From Pristiophorus japonicus (lineage: Eukaryota), in assembly GCF_044704955.1 (NCBI RefSeq), contig NC_091986.1, forward strand, positions 100,192,001-100,256,000: DNA of 64,000 bases, read 5' to 3'. This document shows positions 49,012 to 61,581 of the stretch, in pieces. The translations under genes and the position numbers were made by a program. The notes beneath the pieces are model-generated. The model worked only from the letters and a program-made list of their open reading frames with translations. It had not been told where the DNA came from and ran no database searches. Position 1 is the first letter of the stretch. Each line of letters begins with the position of its first letter.

Positions 49012-50696
49012 TTTAGTGTGGAGTACAGGAGCACGATGCTTCTCAAACCCTGAACTACTATCACATTACCTGGAGTCCTTGTGCTCCGGGATCCACTCCT
49101 GTGTCTAAGATGGTGTTGAGAATTCCCCTGCCATTGTACTCTGGGTACCAGGAGAGGAAAGATGCAGCTCTTTCTTTGATAACTGCTCATTTCCATGACT
49201 CTTTTATGACTCGACTCTAAAAGGGATATGGCATGTTCGAGTATACAGTGCATTCTGGGTACAGACATCCGCCATTGGGGCTCAAAATTGAGGAACGGAT
49301 CCTTTAAAGATCAGACCGGGGAGAGTAGTTTTTGCGAATTATTAATTTGAATTAAGCATTTTTTTTTTCCTTGGCTGCAGTTCCAGTCCATCTCCGACCC
49401 ACGAGAAGTGAAAGTGGATAGACTAATGTGCAGCTCGAGCTCGGGCTTGTGTTCTATTTCTGTCCCATCCAGCGGGCCGGATAGAAATACTTGGTGGGGC
49501 AGATATGGCCCGCAGGCCGTATTTAGCCTGCCACTGACCTAGATTATGTGCTCAAGTTCTGGAGTGGGGCTTGTACCCATAATCTTCTGACTTAGAGAAG
49601 CGAGTGCTGCCAGCTGAGCCAAGCTGATGCCTCCTTTTCTGATAATGTAAGATGCCCACAATTTTCTGGTTCTATAATATCCTCAATTTGTTTTTCAATT
49701 ATTGATTATCAGAAAAATCTACTTCATACCATATGTGGTAAAAAGCGATAATACAAATATTGGCACCGTGACCTATAGTTATTATTGGGTGAGGGGTTCA
49801 AGTCTTTATTGTAACAGTGTTGAAAAGAATAGGTAGAAGTTGAGACAAAAGTGCAGTGATTAGGTGACACTAAGGTTTTGAAAGCCACTATATTCTAGGG
49901 GGGCATGAGGGAAGTGGTGAGTTCCATAGGATTGTCAAAACAAAATAATTTTCACATGATTTCTTTCAATGTAGAATAATCAATTGAGAGAGACCAGGAA
50001 TTTGTGCTATTTGACCAAGTATAAGGATATTCTTACTCCGATTTTAGAACATTTTTCTTCCATAATTAACTTTGTCAGGGCTTTGTGACTTATTGAATTT
50101 TAAGGGTTTGATAACAGGAAATAGTTTTAAAGTATTTCTGTATATGATGGATTTTAGTGGCTGACCAGTGCTAGAATCACATAACTCTGCAAGAAAGCTT
50201 GATGTGCAAAACAGTGCTTTACCAGTTGTGAGTCTACCCTGATATCTGCATCTCAATATCAAAACTATTTCAGATCAGAAACAGCATTCCTTAAGGTTCT
50301 GGGGTCGGTGCAGTATCAGTACTCATGTTTGCCAATATAGTAAAGTGGTTACAAACATTTTCCTCAGGGCAGGCCCAACTAAGCCCCAGCCCCACAAACT
50401 AACTGATTCAGTTGGGACAAAAAGAAAAACATGTGATGCCATTGAGCATCCCTTTGAATACTTTTGAAACTTTTAGAGAAAATTAATCATAATATTTTAA
50501 GAAGTAGTTCTTCCATTTTATTCCATCATCTTAAAAACAACTTCAGTAACCCATGTTTATTAAGATATAATTAAGATTAAACTTGATTTTTCTTTCACTA
50601 GAAACACTTGTTATAGAGTTTAAAGAAAACTCAACTACAAACTAGTGTAACTTAAAGACTGAGCTAATAACTAAAATATATATATTTTTGAACATT

Positions 50697-53000
50697 ACTA
50701 GGTGTATTCGATAGGCCACCTACTAGTGGGAAAGATATAGAGGAGCAAATTTACAGGGAGATTACAAAGAGGTGCAGGAACTATAGAGTAGTGATAATGG
50801 GGGACTTCAATTATCCTAATATAGACTGGGATAGTAATAGTGTAAAGGGCAGATAGGGGGAAGAATTTCTGAAGTGGGCTCAAGAGAACATTCTTGATCA
50901 GTATGTTTCCAACCCAACGAGGAAGGAGGCATTGCTAGATCTGGTTCTGGGGAATGAGGTGGATCAGGTGGATGAAGTGTCAGTCGGGGAACATTTAGGG
51001 AACAGTGATCATAGTATCATAAGGTTTAGATTTGCTATGGAAAAGAACAAGGAGTGATGTAGAGTTAAAATACTTGATTGGAGGAGGGCTAACTTCAGTG
51101 GGTTGAGAACGGACCTGGCCCGGGTAAATTGAATCAAAGATTGGCAGGCAAAACTGTAATTGAAAAATGGGCTGCCTTTTTCGAGGAGATGGTTCAGGTA
51201 CACTCGAGATACATTCCCACGAGGCGGAAAGGTAGGGCAACCAAAGCCAGAATTTCCCAGATTACAAAGATAGAGAGTAAGATGAAGCAGAAAAAAGGGG
51301 CTTATGACAGATGTCAGGTTGAGAATACAAGTGAGAACCAGGCTGAATATGGAAAGTGAAAAAGAAAATAAGAGGGGCAAAGAGAAAGTATGAGAATAGA
51401 CTGGCAGCTAAAAAGAAAGAGAATCCAAAAGTCTTCTATGGGCATATAAATAGTAAACGAGTAGTAAGGAGGGATGGGGCTGATTAGGGGTCAAAAAGGA
51501 GACCTACGCATGGAGACAGAGGGCATGGCTGAGGTACTAAATGAGTACTTTGCATCTGTCTTTACCAAGGAAGAAGATGCTGCCAAAATCATAGTGAAAG
51601 AGGAGTTGGTTAAGATACTGGATTGGATAAAAATTGATAAAGATGAAGTACTAGAAAGGCTGGCTGTACTTAAAGTAGATTTGGGATGCAACCAAAGATG
51701 CTAAGGAAAGCAAAGGTGGAAATTGCAGAGGCACTGGCTGTAATCTGCCAATCCTCCTTGGATATACGGGGATGGTGCCAGAGGACTGGATAATTGCAAA
51801 CGTTACAAACTTGTTCAAAAAAGGGTGTACGGATAAACTCAGCAACTACAGGCCAGTCAGCTTAATCTCGGTAGTGGGGAAACTTTTAGAAATGATAATC
51901 CGGGACAAAATTAACAGTCACTTGGACAAGTGTGGATTAATTAAGGGAAGCCAGCACGGATTTGTTGAAGGCAAATCGTGTTTAACTAAATTGATTGAAT
52001 TTTTTGGTGAGGTAAGATGAGGGCAATGAAGTTGATGTGATGTACATGGATTTCCAAAAGGCATGTGATAACTTGCCACATAATAGGCTTGCCAGCAAAG
52101 TTGAAGCCCATGGAATAAAAGGAACAGTGACAGCATGGATACAAAATTGGCTGCATGACAGAAAACAGAGAGTAGTGGTGAACGGTTGTTTCTCGGACTG
52201 GAAGAAGGTACACAGTGGTGTTCCCCAGGGATCGGCATTAGGACCACTGTTTTTCTTGATATATATTAATGATTTGGACATGGGTGTACAGGACACTATT
52301 TTAAAGTATAGTGAAGAGTGAGGAGGCTAGGGATATACTTCAGAGGACATAGAGGCTGGTGGATTGGGCGGACACGTGGCAGATGAAATTTAGTGCAGAA
52401 AAGTGCGAAGTGATATATTTTGGTAGATAGAATGAGAAAAGGCAATATAAACTAAAGGGTACAATTCTAAAGGGGGTGCAGGAACAGAGAGCCCTGGGGG
52501 TATATGTGCACAAATCATTGAAGGTGGCAGGGCAGGTTGAGAAAGTGGTTAAAAAAAGCATATAGGATCCTTGGCTTTATAAAGAGAGGCATAGAGTACA
52601 AAAGCAAGGAAGTTATGATGAAGCTACATAAAACACTGGTTCAGCCACAACTGGAGCATTGTGTCCAATTCTGGACACCGCACTTTATAAAGAATGTGAA
52701 GGCTTTAGAGAGGGTGCAGAAAAGATTTACAAGAATAATTCCAAGGATGAGGGATAGACTGGAGATGGATATGTGGATAGACTGGAGATGCTGGGGTTGT
52801 TCTCCTTGGATCAGAGAAGATTGAGAGGAGATTTGATGAGAGTAGATAGGGAGAAACTGTTTCCATTGGCAAAAAGGTTGCGAACCAGAGGACACCAATT
52901 TAAGGTGATTGGCAGATGATCAAAAGGCAACATGAGCAAAAACGGGCTCAGCGGACCGAATGGCCTCCTACTGTGCTGTAATGATTCTATGATTCTATGA
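50697..53000 (+). mobile_element. CR1 LINE (same family as 32800-36470), 5'-truncated in the endonuclease
   Basis: MGDFNYP near 50800, SDH near 51005, NYRPVSL, MDFQKA, GVPQGS; tail TGATTCTATGATTCTATGA. Confidence 0.92.
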
Positions 53001-54085
53001 ATTTATATTTGCTATCTCAGCAAAATTTGGGTGTTTTTCCCAGGAACTTTGTGAGCTCCCTTAGAACAGAACTGGGACGCAAGACTAGTAAACATAGGCC
53101 CCAAATTTGATCAAAGCACAGCCCCTCAAACAATGTGGTTACTGATGTCGCTAAGATGCTTTTCAGTGCTGGTTGGTTACCTAAACCAGGTGCAACCTCT
53201 CAGATGACGTGCCTTTCAATTTTTTTATCCCAGCACTTTCTTTTTGTGGTTCCTCAGAAGTCTGAAGAGGAAATGCTCACTGCAGGTTACGTGTGTAAAA
53301 AGCTATTTTTTATTATTGTTAATGTAAAATATGCCATATAAAATTAGAGAACTATGCTCTTATTTGGCTGTCTCAGGTTCACAGTGGTTAAAAGGAAATC
53401 ATAATAAATGTGATACAGTTCTTCACACAGGCTGAAACCTTTTAAGAGCTGTCCACGGGTGAGGGAGTGAGGAAATGAGTAAAATGTATGAGAATGTTAC
53501 CCTGTTATTTGATGGTAGTGTGAACGTTGTGCCGATTTCCTGGGAATAGTGGTTGCTGCCAAGTTGACATGCCTAAGTTTTCCCCAGGGAGCAGCTCGGG
53601 CTCGAGAGAGTATATAAACTCTGTGAGAAACGGAGGAGGCAGTGATGTGGATTTAGATCTTTTTTTTTCTAGATGTGTAGAAATGGCAGACAAGATTTCT
53701 TTATTTGTGTTCATAGAATTCCATTGTACAGTTTTCTAAAATATAAATTGGAATACTGCTTAATCAGGAAAACACACTGAAAATCAATGTGTTTGCAGTT
53801 AGAATTCTCTGCTGAACTTCAATTTAATGTCTACAAATCATTGCATGTTTCAAGATAACAGCTGGAAAATTGTGAATTGTCCTGTCTGTTTTACATTGGA
53901 AAATTGTAATAATACACAGTAATCTGTGTTAACTCTCACCTCTAGCAATTGCCTGTAACATCCCTGTGTGGGGATTTAATAGGATTTCCAGTGTGGCATA
54001 GCCTGCGATGTGATCGTTCCCAGTTACACCACTGTGTGGTGGAGAGCCACTCCTCCAACCCCACCACAGCTACATCTGCTGTATA

Positions 54086-54656
54086 CAGGTGCAGCGCCTA
54101 AAATCCGGAACCCTTGGGACCAAGGCCAGTCCGGATTCCAGGCTTTTCCGGACTTTCGATTTGTTTTCTGACATCACGAATCCGGAAACACCCAAGCCCA
54201 GGTTCGGGTATTTCCCGATTTTGGAACATCAGAAAGGGGGGAGGATTCCCGCCAAAGAGCTGTTCGGGCCGTCCGGCCCCACCAAGGAGGTTGTTGGGCC
54301 AAGGAAGATGTCGTCGGGCGGGTCCCGCCAAATAGGTTGTCAAGCCGTCCGACCACGCCGAGGAGGTGTTCGGGCGGGCCGGCCCCGCCAAGCAAGTTGT
54401 CGTCGGGCTGGCCCCTGCCGGGGTGTTTGGGCGGAGTCCCACAGAGGAGGTGTTCGGGCGGGCTGGCGAGGAGGCCCCGAGGTAAGGGCAGTGGGGTGAG
54501 ACCCGAGGTCGGGCAGCGGCGGGGCCCCGAAGTCGGCAGTGTCGTTGGGTCCGGATTCCAGAACATTTTACGGATTCTGGACAACCCTGTCACCGATCAG
54601 TCCAGAACCCGGATTTTGGAACATTCCGGAACTCCGGATTCTCGACGCCGCACCTG
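54086..54656. mobile_element. Tigger/pogo-like MITE
   Basis: 24-bp TIR CAGGTGCAGCGCCTAAAATCCGGA versus CAGGTGCGGCGTCGAGAATCCGGA (20/24); TA duplication; many TCCGGA motifs and internal degenerate GGAGGTGTTCGGGCGGGC repeats. Confidence 0.88.
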
Positions 54657-54829
54657 TATTAAAAAATATGCATTTTGAACCATTTAATTTCAAGTTACGT
54701 TTCTCTCAGTTTTTTCTTTAAGGTTATCAAGTTGCTGAAATCTTGCTACCATACTGCTTTGGAACCTTGCTCTGACCTGATCTCAGGCCTCACTCCCTGG
54801 CCCAAACCCTAAGAGGGGTGGGGGGCAGA

Positions 54830-55401
54830 GGTGGCGATCTTAACCCTCCTCGTCAAACGGAAATGGGACAGAAGGACAGTTAAATGCCCCTGCTAACTTA
54901 TCTGCCTGGATCCCACCATGTCCAATTTTACTCTGCTCATCTGAACTGGTGGCAAATGCCTAATTGACATATGCAGATCAGAGTCCAATCGCGTCAATCA
55001 GACTCCAATGCCATTTTAGCTCAGGATCTGAGTAGGGGAGCTGCTGTGGCTTTCTCACCAGGCTGCAGCAGGTCTACAAGAGAATTATAGCCTGAAGAGG
55101 CCCTGAAAGGTAATTTTTAAAAACTTTACTTTGTGGGGCCAGCAGAAGCAGAAGTGCTCCTTCTAGCCCCACGAGGGACGTTTAGGCCCCCTCCCCACAC
55201 CAATCTGCATGCCAGCGGACAGACATTGGCCGATCTTTGTTCGCAAGGCCAACCACATCCTGCTCATTCAAGGTGAGAAGTCGAACCGTAGCATGGTAAT
55301 GATGGTCAGTGGTTAAAATTGCTGTTGCCTCATTCTGCCACAGGCAGGTTAGAAACTAACTGACTCCTGTGGGTTCCTGCCTGCCAATTAAAGTCATCCC
55401 C
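54830..55401. mobile_element. old non-autonomous DNA transposon, related to 23222-23960
   Basis: Ends GGTGGCGATCTTAA ... TTAAAGTCATCCCC; shared core AAAACTTT..TGTGGGGCCAGCAGAAGCAGAAGTGCTCC. Confidence 0.45.
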
Positions 55402-55869
55402 CTTTCTGTTAGAACCCCACTGCCTAAAATTCATAGCCCCTGCTTAGGAAAATCCTGCTGTTACCCTGCTGTGTTGGCAGGCCCCACCACTAGACTTCTC
55501 TTCACTCGAGGGAATCTCAGCCCTGATATGCTGCCACCTGTGCTGTAACCCTGCCAGCCTGGTGACTACCTCCATTCCATCTGACCTCTGGGCCTCGCCC
55601 TAAGGAATCATTGCTGCTACCTGACCTGTTGGCAGGTACCATTCACCACCCCCTTTGTACTTTTGGCAGAGGATGGTGAATTATGTCTACATGCCCTGAC
55701 CCAATTATTGTCCAGCATCTAATTTTGCTTTACCTTAAGATTGGAATTGATCTTGACCTCCCCCCCCACCCCCTGCCGTCATGTGCAACACAACAGGTGT
55801 GTGCATACAAGCAGTCATATATTACAGTGGGAGATTTTACACTTGCTCGTGTTCTCTCTGATTCCCAAT

Positions 55870-56035
55870 AATTTAAATGCCAATTTTCTTCCCGTGCTTC
55901 CTCTCTTTGAGGCATTGACTCCTTGCTGAGCTATAGCTCTAAGGGCATTAATTGCCCTCTGTTATCTTGCCTCAGTGGCCATTTTTCAGGTGTGACCCTT
56001 GATAGTGAGAGTCAGCAGACTACTGGGCTGTTTTA
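55870..56035 (-). mobile_element. ancient SINE 3' fragment
   Basis: Reverse complement resembles 39795-39890. Confidence 0.45.
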
Positions 56036-58135
56036 AATGAAAAAATATGTAAATCACATCAGATCACATCACTTATATGTGATCTCATCATGATGAAAAG
56101 CATGCAGGGCTCTACACACTGGTTTAACTCCATAAACAAGAAAAATGGATTTGCTAAATGCTAATTGACACAAAGACAATGCCATTTTAAAACTACTGGT
56201 CAGAGGCAGCCTGGGAACAGACACACAAAGAAGAAAATTGACCTCCAGTGACATCCCGATGTTCTCCACCAGTGATCCCCATTCATGATATCATTGGAGC
56301 AGAACTTCATGACATTTTTGCATAGTAACATTCTGCCTAGAATTACTTCTGTTAGGCAGCCTTTGGCCAAGAGTTTAAAGCATAAACTTGAGTGAAAGGA
56401 AGGGATGAGAGCACCTGTAAAGGTGTGAATCATTCTCTACAAACTGTAAGTTTTCAGATTATGTGGCCATGCAACTTAAATCAATTCTTTAAAAATTAAA
56501 AAGTCACTAAGAGAATTAGATCAACCAGCCACTCTAATTGGCCTACTCAGCCACAAGCTGAGTAATTCTGCATGTTGCGTAACCCTGAGAGTGTCAGTAC
56601 TACTCATGCACTTCAAGTTTTTAGTATGGTAAACATGTTGTAATTCCAATGTTAAACCAAAATAAAAAATGAGATATTTCTTAGTTAATTAAGATGCTGA
56701 CTTGTACTATCTGCTGAGTTACTGTGTTGGTTGTTACTGTTCTAAAACATAAATGGGGTGTCTGAAATATAAACAAAGTCAATTTTTAAATTAGTTAAAA
56801 TTGGCCTGAAAAAATAGGCATTAACAAACTGGCTGTGGAGAACAAATGCTTGGATAGGCTCGATGTGCTATCCATAGTACAATATTTTCAATACCATTGC
56901 ACTCACTCTCACCCTTGGCCATTCCACTGGGAAATCCACCCACCATGGATTGAAAGGACACCATTGTGTGGTGCAAAAGTGTAGTTGGAGTTGGATTCTT
57001 CCAAAGCACATTAATAAGTAGATTAGAACAGCAATGGGAAATTCTGCTTGTGAGCAACCTATTGAAATGCATCATTTTTCAACTTGGTGAAGTCCACCTT
57101 TTAATATTGGTACCTTTGGACAGTGGCGGGATACTGTACTGATGATCCATTAGAAAAAGTCATGTCTGGAACACATATTAAAAAAAAATCATGTAGATCA
57201 GAACTATTTGGTACTCTTCTCCCACCAGCCAGAATGCACATAGTAACAATGTTTTTTATATTATACTTCTCTATAGCCAAAACATAATGCAGACATAATC
57301 CTACTCAGTGCCCTCCTTTATAATAAAAGGCATGACTCTCATAATACATCCAGTTCAGCCTCCACAAAAGTCAAAAAAGTAACTGTTGAGTTGGGAAAGG
57401 TGTTTACATTTTTTTAAGTATTTGCTCGAGTGTAGTAAATTATTGGATGTTTCGGACTGCCTGTCCATCTTTGGCTTGCAAGCCAAGATTTCCCACATAC
57501 AAACGGAAAGTACAATCAGCAGCTAGTGTGGAGTGTCAAAGATCAGGAGAAGGATTGTGAATATGCCACAATAAATATTTTTTAATTACTTCAAAAACTG
57601 TGTTCATATTTTTCCCCAAACTAGTGCCAAATTTGGAACTATAAATGGAGTAAAATGGGTTAAGTCGATAAAGATAATTTTTACAAATATGCCTTCAAAA
57701 AATCTACACCTACATTTTTCTCCCAAGCATCAATTACTTTAAGGCTCGCCGGGAACCCAATCCACTTCACATAAGTGTATCAGGAGTGTGACTAATCTTC
57801 CAACCATTTCCTCCAGCTTCTTATAATAATTAGATCTAAATAATTAAAAGTTACAAGAAGGTAACCAGGTCATGGAAGCCCTGCGAAAGTGCTCTGTTCA
57901 AAGCATCTATTGCAGCCACCCCAGAAGCCAACAATGCCCTTAGAAGCTCTTCCTGGCATCTTGCTACCACAGAAATCTCCCAGGCTGTCACAGTCTATAT
58001 AGGGTGTTCTACAAGTTGTGATAAATTTCCTGCAAAGTGTTGCAGATCTCACATCTCAGCTGTATGCATGGAGACTATTTCCACTGCCTTCACATGACAT
58101 TGATGCTCCCTAAGCATAGCTCTGTTGAACACTAG

Positions 58136-60174
58136 GGGGGGAGAAATTCATGTCACCAGCAACTGGAGTTAACGGCCACTGAAAATGGCCGCAACGCTAA
58201 TGGAGCAAAATTGGTCTGGGGGTGCATGAAGATTGGTAGCGCAACGCTTACTTTCTGTGCAACATCGTCCTGGGGGCGTTAGTTGAAGGCATCTGAGACA
58301 AAATTTCTGCCCAGGTGCAGCATTACAGCTTCCCTCAGCCTCTGGAATTGAGGCTGTGGAGCTCTCAAGGAATTGTGGGTGATGAAGAGATCTGAGAATG
58401 AAAGGGGCCATGCACACTGAAACAATACAAAGTAAAATAAAGTGAAACAATGCAGTTTTCAGCCGTCTCTGCCTCTTAAAAAAAATATTTAGCATTAAAC
58501 AGAAGCCCCAAATGTGAATAATCAGCTTTTAAAGCTCTATTACCATCCTAACCTCAACAAATGGTAAAACTGCCTCAGCACTAACACACACGGCTCAGCA
58601 AGCCAGGGAAGGGGCAGGAGGCCCTCCAGAAAGAAGGATGTGGAATACATCACGGAGGCCATCAACATCTGGCTCCAGTGCCCAAAGAAGCTTCATGACC
58701 TCAGACTACTGGTCAAGGTCAGTGAATGCCACTTCAAAAGGTCTCATCTACCAACTGCACCAGGAGCGTCACACACTGCTCAATGCACGACTCCCGATCA
58801 CTCAACTACCAACAATCTGCACCAATCATGAGGCACATCTCCCATTCCTAGTCTCGCCTCACCCCCTTGGAGGAGACGGTGCAGGCCATTCTTGGCAGGA
58901 ACATGGCTGAGCCCTTGCCAGCAGCGGGGCTGAAAGGATACAAGATGCTGGTGTCCTCATATCCTCTTTCTGGCATGTACCTCATGCTTTCCCATCCTCC
59001 CATCACCATAACTCCACCCTTGTGCCTTTCTCATTTTACACACCCAAGAAATGCAGCCTGCCCAGCCAGTGGGTGACCAAGAAGCGGGAGAGGAGAGTGA
59101 AGAGGAACAAGATGAGAAGGTGGTCAACCAGTAAGGACATTTGCAGTGTCTCCCCACTGAAAGTCAGCAGCCTTCTACCAGCCATACTGCAGTCACTGGG
59201 GTAGCACTGCATGACATTAGTAGGATAGGCAAAGGCACAGACAAAGCAGTCACTAAGAGAACGCATAAGGGTGATGAGTTGATTTTTTGATGTCACATTG
59301 GATGGATAGATGTACATAGGTGGATTGGAAAGTTTGCTTTGTGGTGGCTTTTATTTCAGCATCAAAGCCAAGAGGACGTTGTGATGGTCCATAACAGGTG
59401 GAATGTAAGGTATGGGACTAATGTTGAAAGGGGAATTGGGTTTATGGTCACTGGGTCCAGAGGCAGATGATTCTATCCTGGATATCCTGCAAAGGACTGT
59501 GTGGGATGCATCCTTCCATCTCATTCCTCTTCGGCTTCCTCCTCTACTGCTTCCTCCTCTTCTGTGTTCCTCTTCTCTCTGTAAGTGGATGCTGTAAATA
59601 TGAAATGACAGCTTAAAATGCTGGAAATACTCAGTTGGTCAAGCAGCATCTCGACCTGAGACGTGAACTCTGTTTTTCTCTCCACGGCTGTTGTGTGATC
59701 TGCTGAGTATTTGCAGCATGTTCTATCTTCTCAGAGGCCTTCATTTGCCTCAGAGCCCTTGCAAGTATTCAGCAGAACTCCCGACATACTTAAAAAGCTT
59801 TTCACATCTATTGCAGCAAGGTATCAATTCAATAAAATCAAAAAAAAACAGTCCAAAACCTTACATTCAAACTTGCCTAACGATGTGTGTGTCCCTTTAA
59901 GAGGTGCATCGCCACTGTCATCCTGGTTGCACACCAGGTTAACTTGCAGCGCTAGGATTGAAGTTCAGGTTGGTGACGTTAAGTCGGAATTGCATGTCGA
60001 TTGATGTCACCGCTGCCATTTTTTCTTTCAAGGCACTACCAATTACTAACAGTGCAAAAGGGAACATGAATATGGCAGCAGTTGCGGGACCTGCCACCAG
60101 CTGGCGAAAGAGCAGCAGCCACCATTTTATCACCCTTTCATGTAGTGGCGATAAATTGATGAATTTCTAGCCCC
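58136..60174 (+). mobile_element. internally deleted Harbinger transposon (inner)
   Basis: TIR GGGGGGAGAAATTCAT versus GGGGCTAGAAATTCAT; TSD TAG (58133-58135 and 60175-60177); Myb remnant EYITEAIN..QCPKKLHDL..VK|GT (donor 58718) and LTPLEETVQAILG (from 58858). Confidence 0.85.
59615..59722. mobile_element. Penelope-like palindromic remnant
   Basis: Inverted arms ATGCTGGAAATACTCAG (59618-59634) and CTGAGTATTTGCAGCAT (59703-59719), 16/17 match. Confidence 0.65.
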
Positions 60175-60709
60175 TAGGTCTCTCGTGTCTTGAGCCAAGG
60201 GTGTTCATTTCTCTGCGCTCCATGAAGGCACGACACTTGGCCTCTCTTCCACTCCCCAGTCCTCATTCTTATTAATGCTCAGTGCTTCACCCAAAGATAC
60301 TGCTTCTGACTCACCAGCTACATTCTCCCAAATGGATATCTCTCTGCTGCTACTTGCACTTGAAAGATGCCATGAAGTAGTTGATGAGGAAGTAGCAGCA
60401 GCTGAGGCTGTGGTTCCAGCAGAGAATTCCTCAATGAAAGTGCCTGGGTGATGATCGTTATAGTTGGCATCTTCCTGCAAAGCACTCCCTATGATGTAAA
60501 ACACAGAAGAGCTTGTTCAGCTGTATACTTGGTGAAATAGTGGCTGAGCATAAGGGCATTGCAATAAATACTTTAGAAAGTGCATAAAGCTGGCACTACA
60601 TGAACATTACCCAGCATTTACCCATCTTCGCTTGTCACCTGGCCTCCACCCTCACCATTTCCACACCTCTCCTGTTGACCTATGATGTCTAACAGTTCCT
60701 CTTCATGAG

Positions 60710-60979
60710 TGTAATGTATTTGCTTCTTGAGTTCTTTGCTTAAGAATTCATAGCAACACATTGCTATTAAGAACGAGTTGGTTTATTAACAAAGGTTTAA
60801 CAATCACACCACACATTACCAGTTCATACATTAGGCTCACAACTGCATACCTCATCGTGACTTCGAGCCAACTGACTGGGGTTTTATTGAGTCTTGTGAA
60901 CATCACGTGACTGGCTAAGCCACTCACAATGCAACAGCTCTATAAATCTGTGCGCATGTTCACAGGTGCATACATTATA
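60710..60979 (-). mobile_element. probable Gypsy-type solo LTR, 270 bp
   Basis: TGTAATGTAT ... ATACATTATA inverted ends (9/10); AATAAA on minus strand near 60785; interrupts Myb exon 2; TSD not recognisable. Confidence 0.6.
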
Positions 60980-61004
60980 ATTGTTAATTTTTTTGTCGGT
61001 GCTC

Positions 61005-61581
61005 TCATCATCATAGGCAGTCCCTCGGAATCGAGGAAGACTTGCTTCCACTCTTAAAATGAGTCCTTAGGTGGCTGAACAGTCCAATACGAGAACCACA
61101 GTCCCTGTCACAGGTGGGACAGATAGTCATTGAGGGAAGGGGTGGGTGGGACAGGTTTGCCGCACGCTCTTTCCACTGCCTGCGCTTGATTTCTGCATGT
61201 TCTCAGCAATGAGACTTGAGGTGCTCAGCGCCCTCCCGGATGCACTTCCTCCACTTAGGGCGCTCTTTGGCCAGGGACTCCCAGGTGTCAGTGGGGATGT
61301 TGCACTTTTTCAGGGAGGCTTTGAGGGCATTCTTGTAACATTTCCTCTGCCCACCTTTGGCTCGTATGCCGTGAAGGAGTTCCGAGTAGAGCGCTTGTTT
61401 TGGGAGTCTTGTGTATGGCATGCGAACGATGGGGCCTGCCCAGCGGAGCTGACCAAGTGTGGTCAGTGCTTCAATGCTGGGGATGTTGGCCTGGTCAATG
61501 ACGCTAATGTTGGTGTGTCTGTCCTTCCAGGGGATTGTAGGATCTTGCAGAGGCATCGTTGGTGATATTTCTCCAGCGACT
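61005..61581 (-). mobile_element. RTE LINE 3' fragment
   Basis: (ATC)n tail; QLRWAG..RLPKQALYSEL..GGQRK (ORF 61203-61586). Confidence 0.92.

Larger units (their letters stand above)
47472..49536. mobile_element. hAT (Charlie-like) non-autonomous element
   Basis: Ends CGGGGTAGGCAA ... TAGCCTGCCACTG; subterminal GGGCC repeats; 8-bp TSD ACTTAGAT / ACCTAGAT (47464-47471 and 49537-49544). Confidence 0.85.
47155..49632 (-). mobile_element. Deu-domain tRNA SINE split by a hAT insertion (head 49537-49632, body 47155-47471)
   Basis: Head TGGCTCAGCTGG / GGTACAAGCCC; body colinear with 28227-28698. Confidence 0.85.

Noticed and set aside
48957-49268. hAT transposase remnant (MHCILEH..)
   Set aside because: Only a vague resemblance to the hAT CxxH motif, with no other transposase motifs visible.
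53555-53575. p53 response element
   Set aside because: The two CWWG half-site candidates overlap and both mismatch the consensus.
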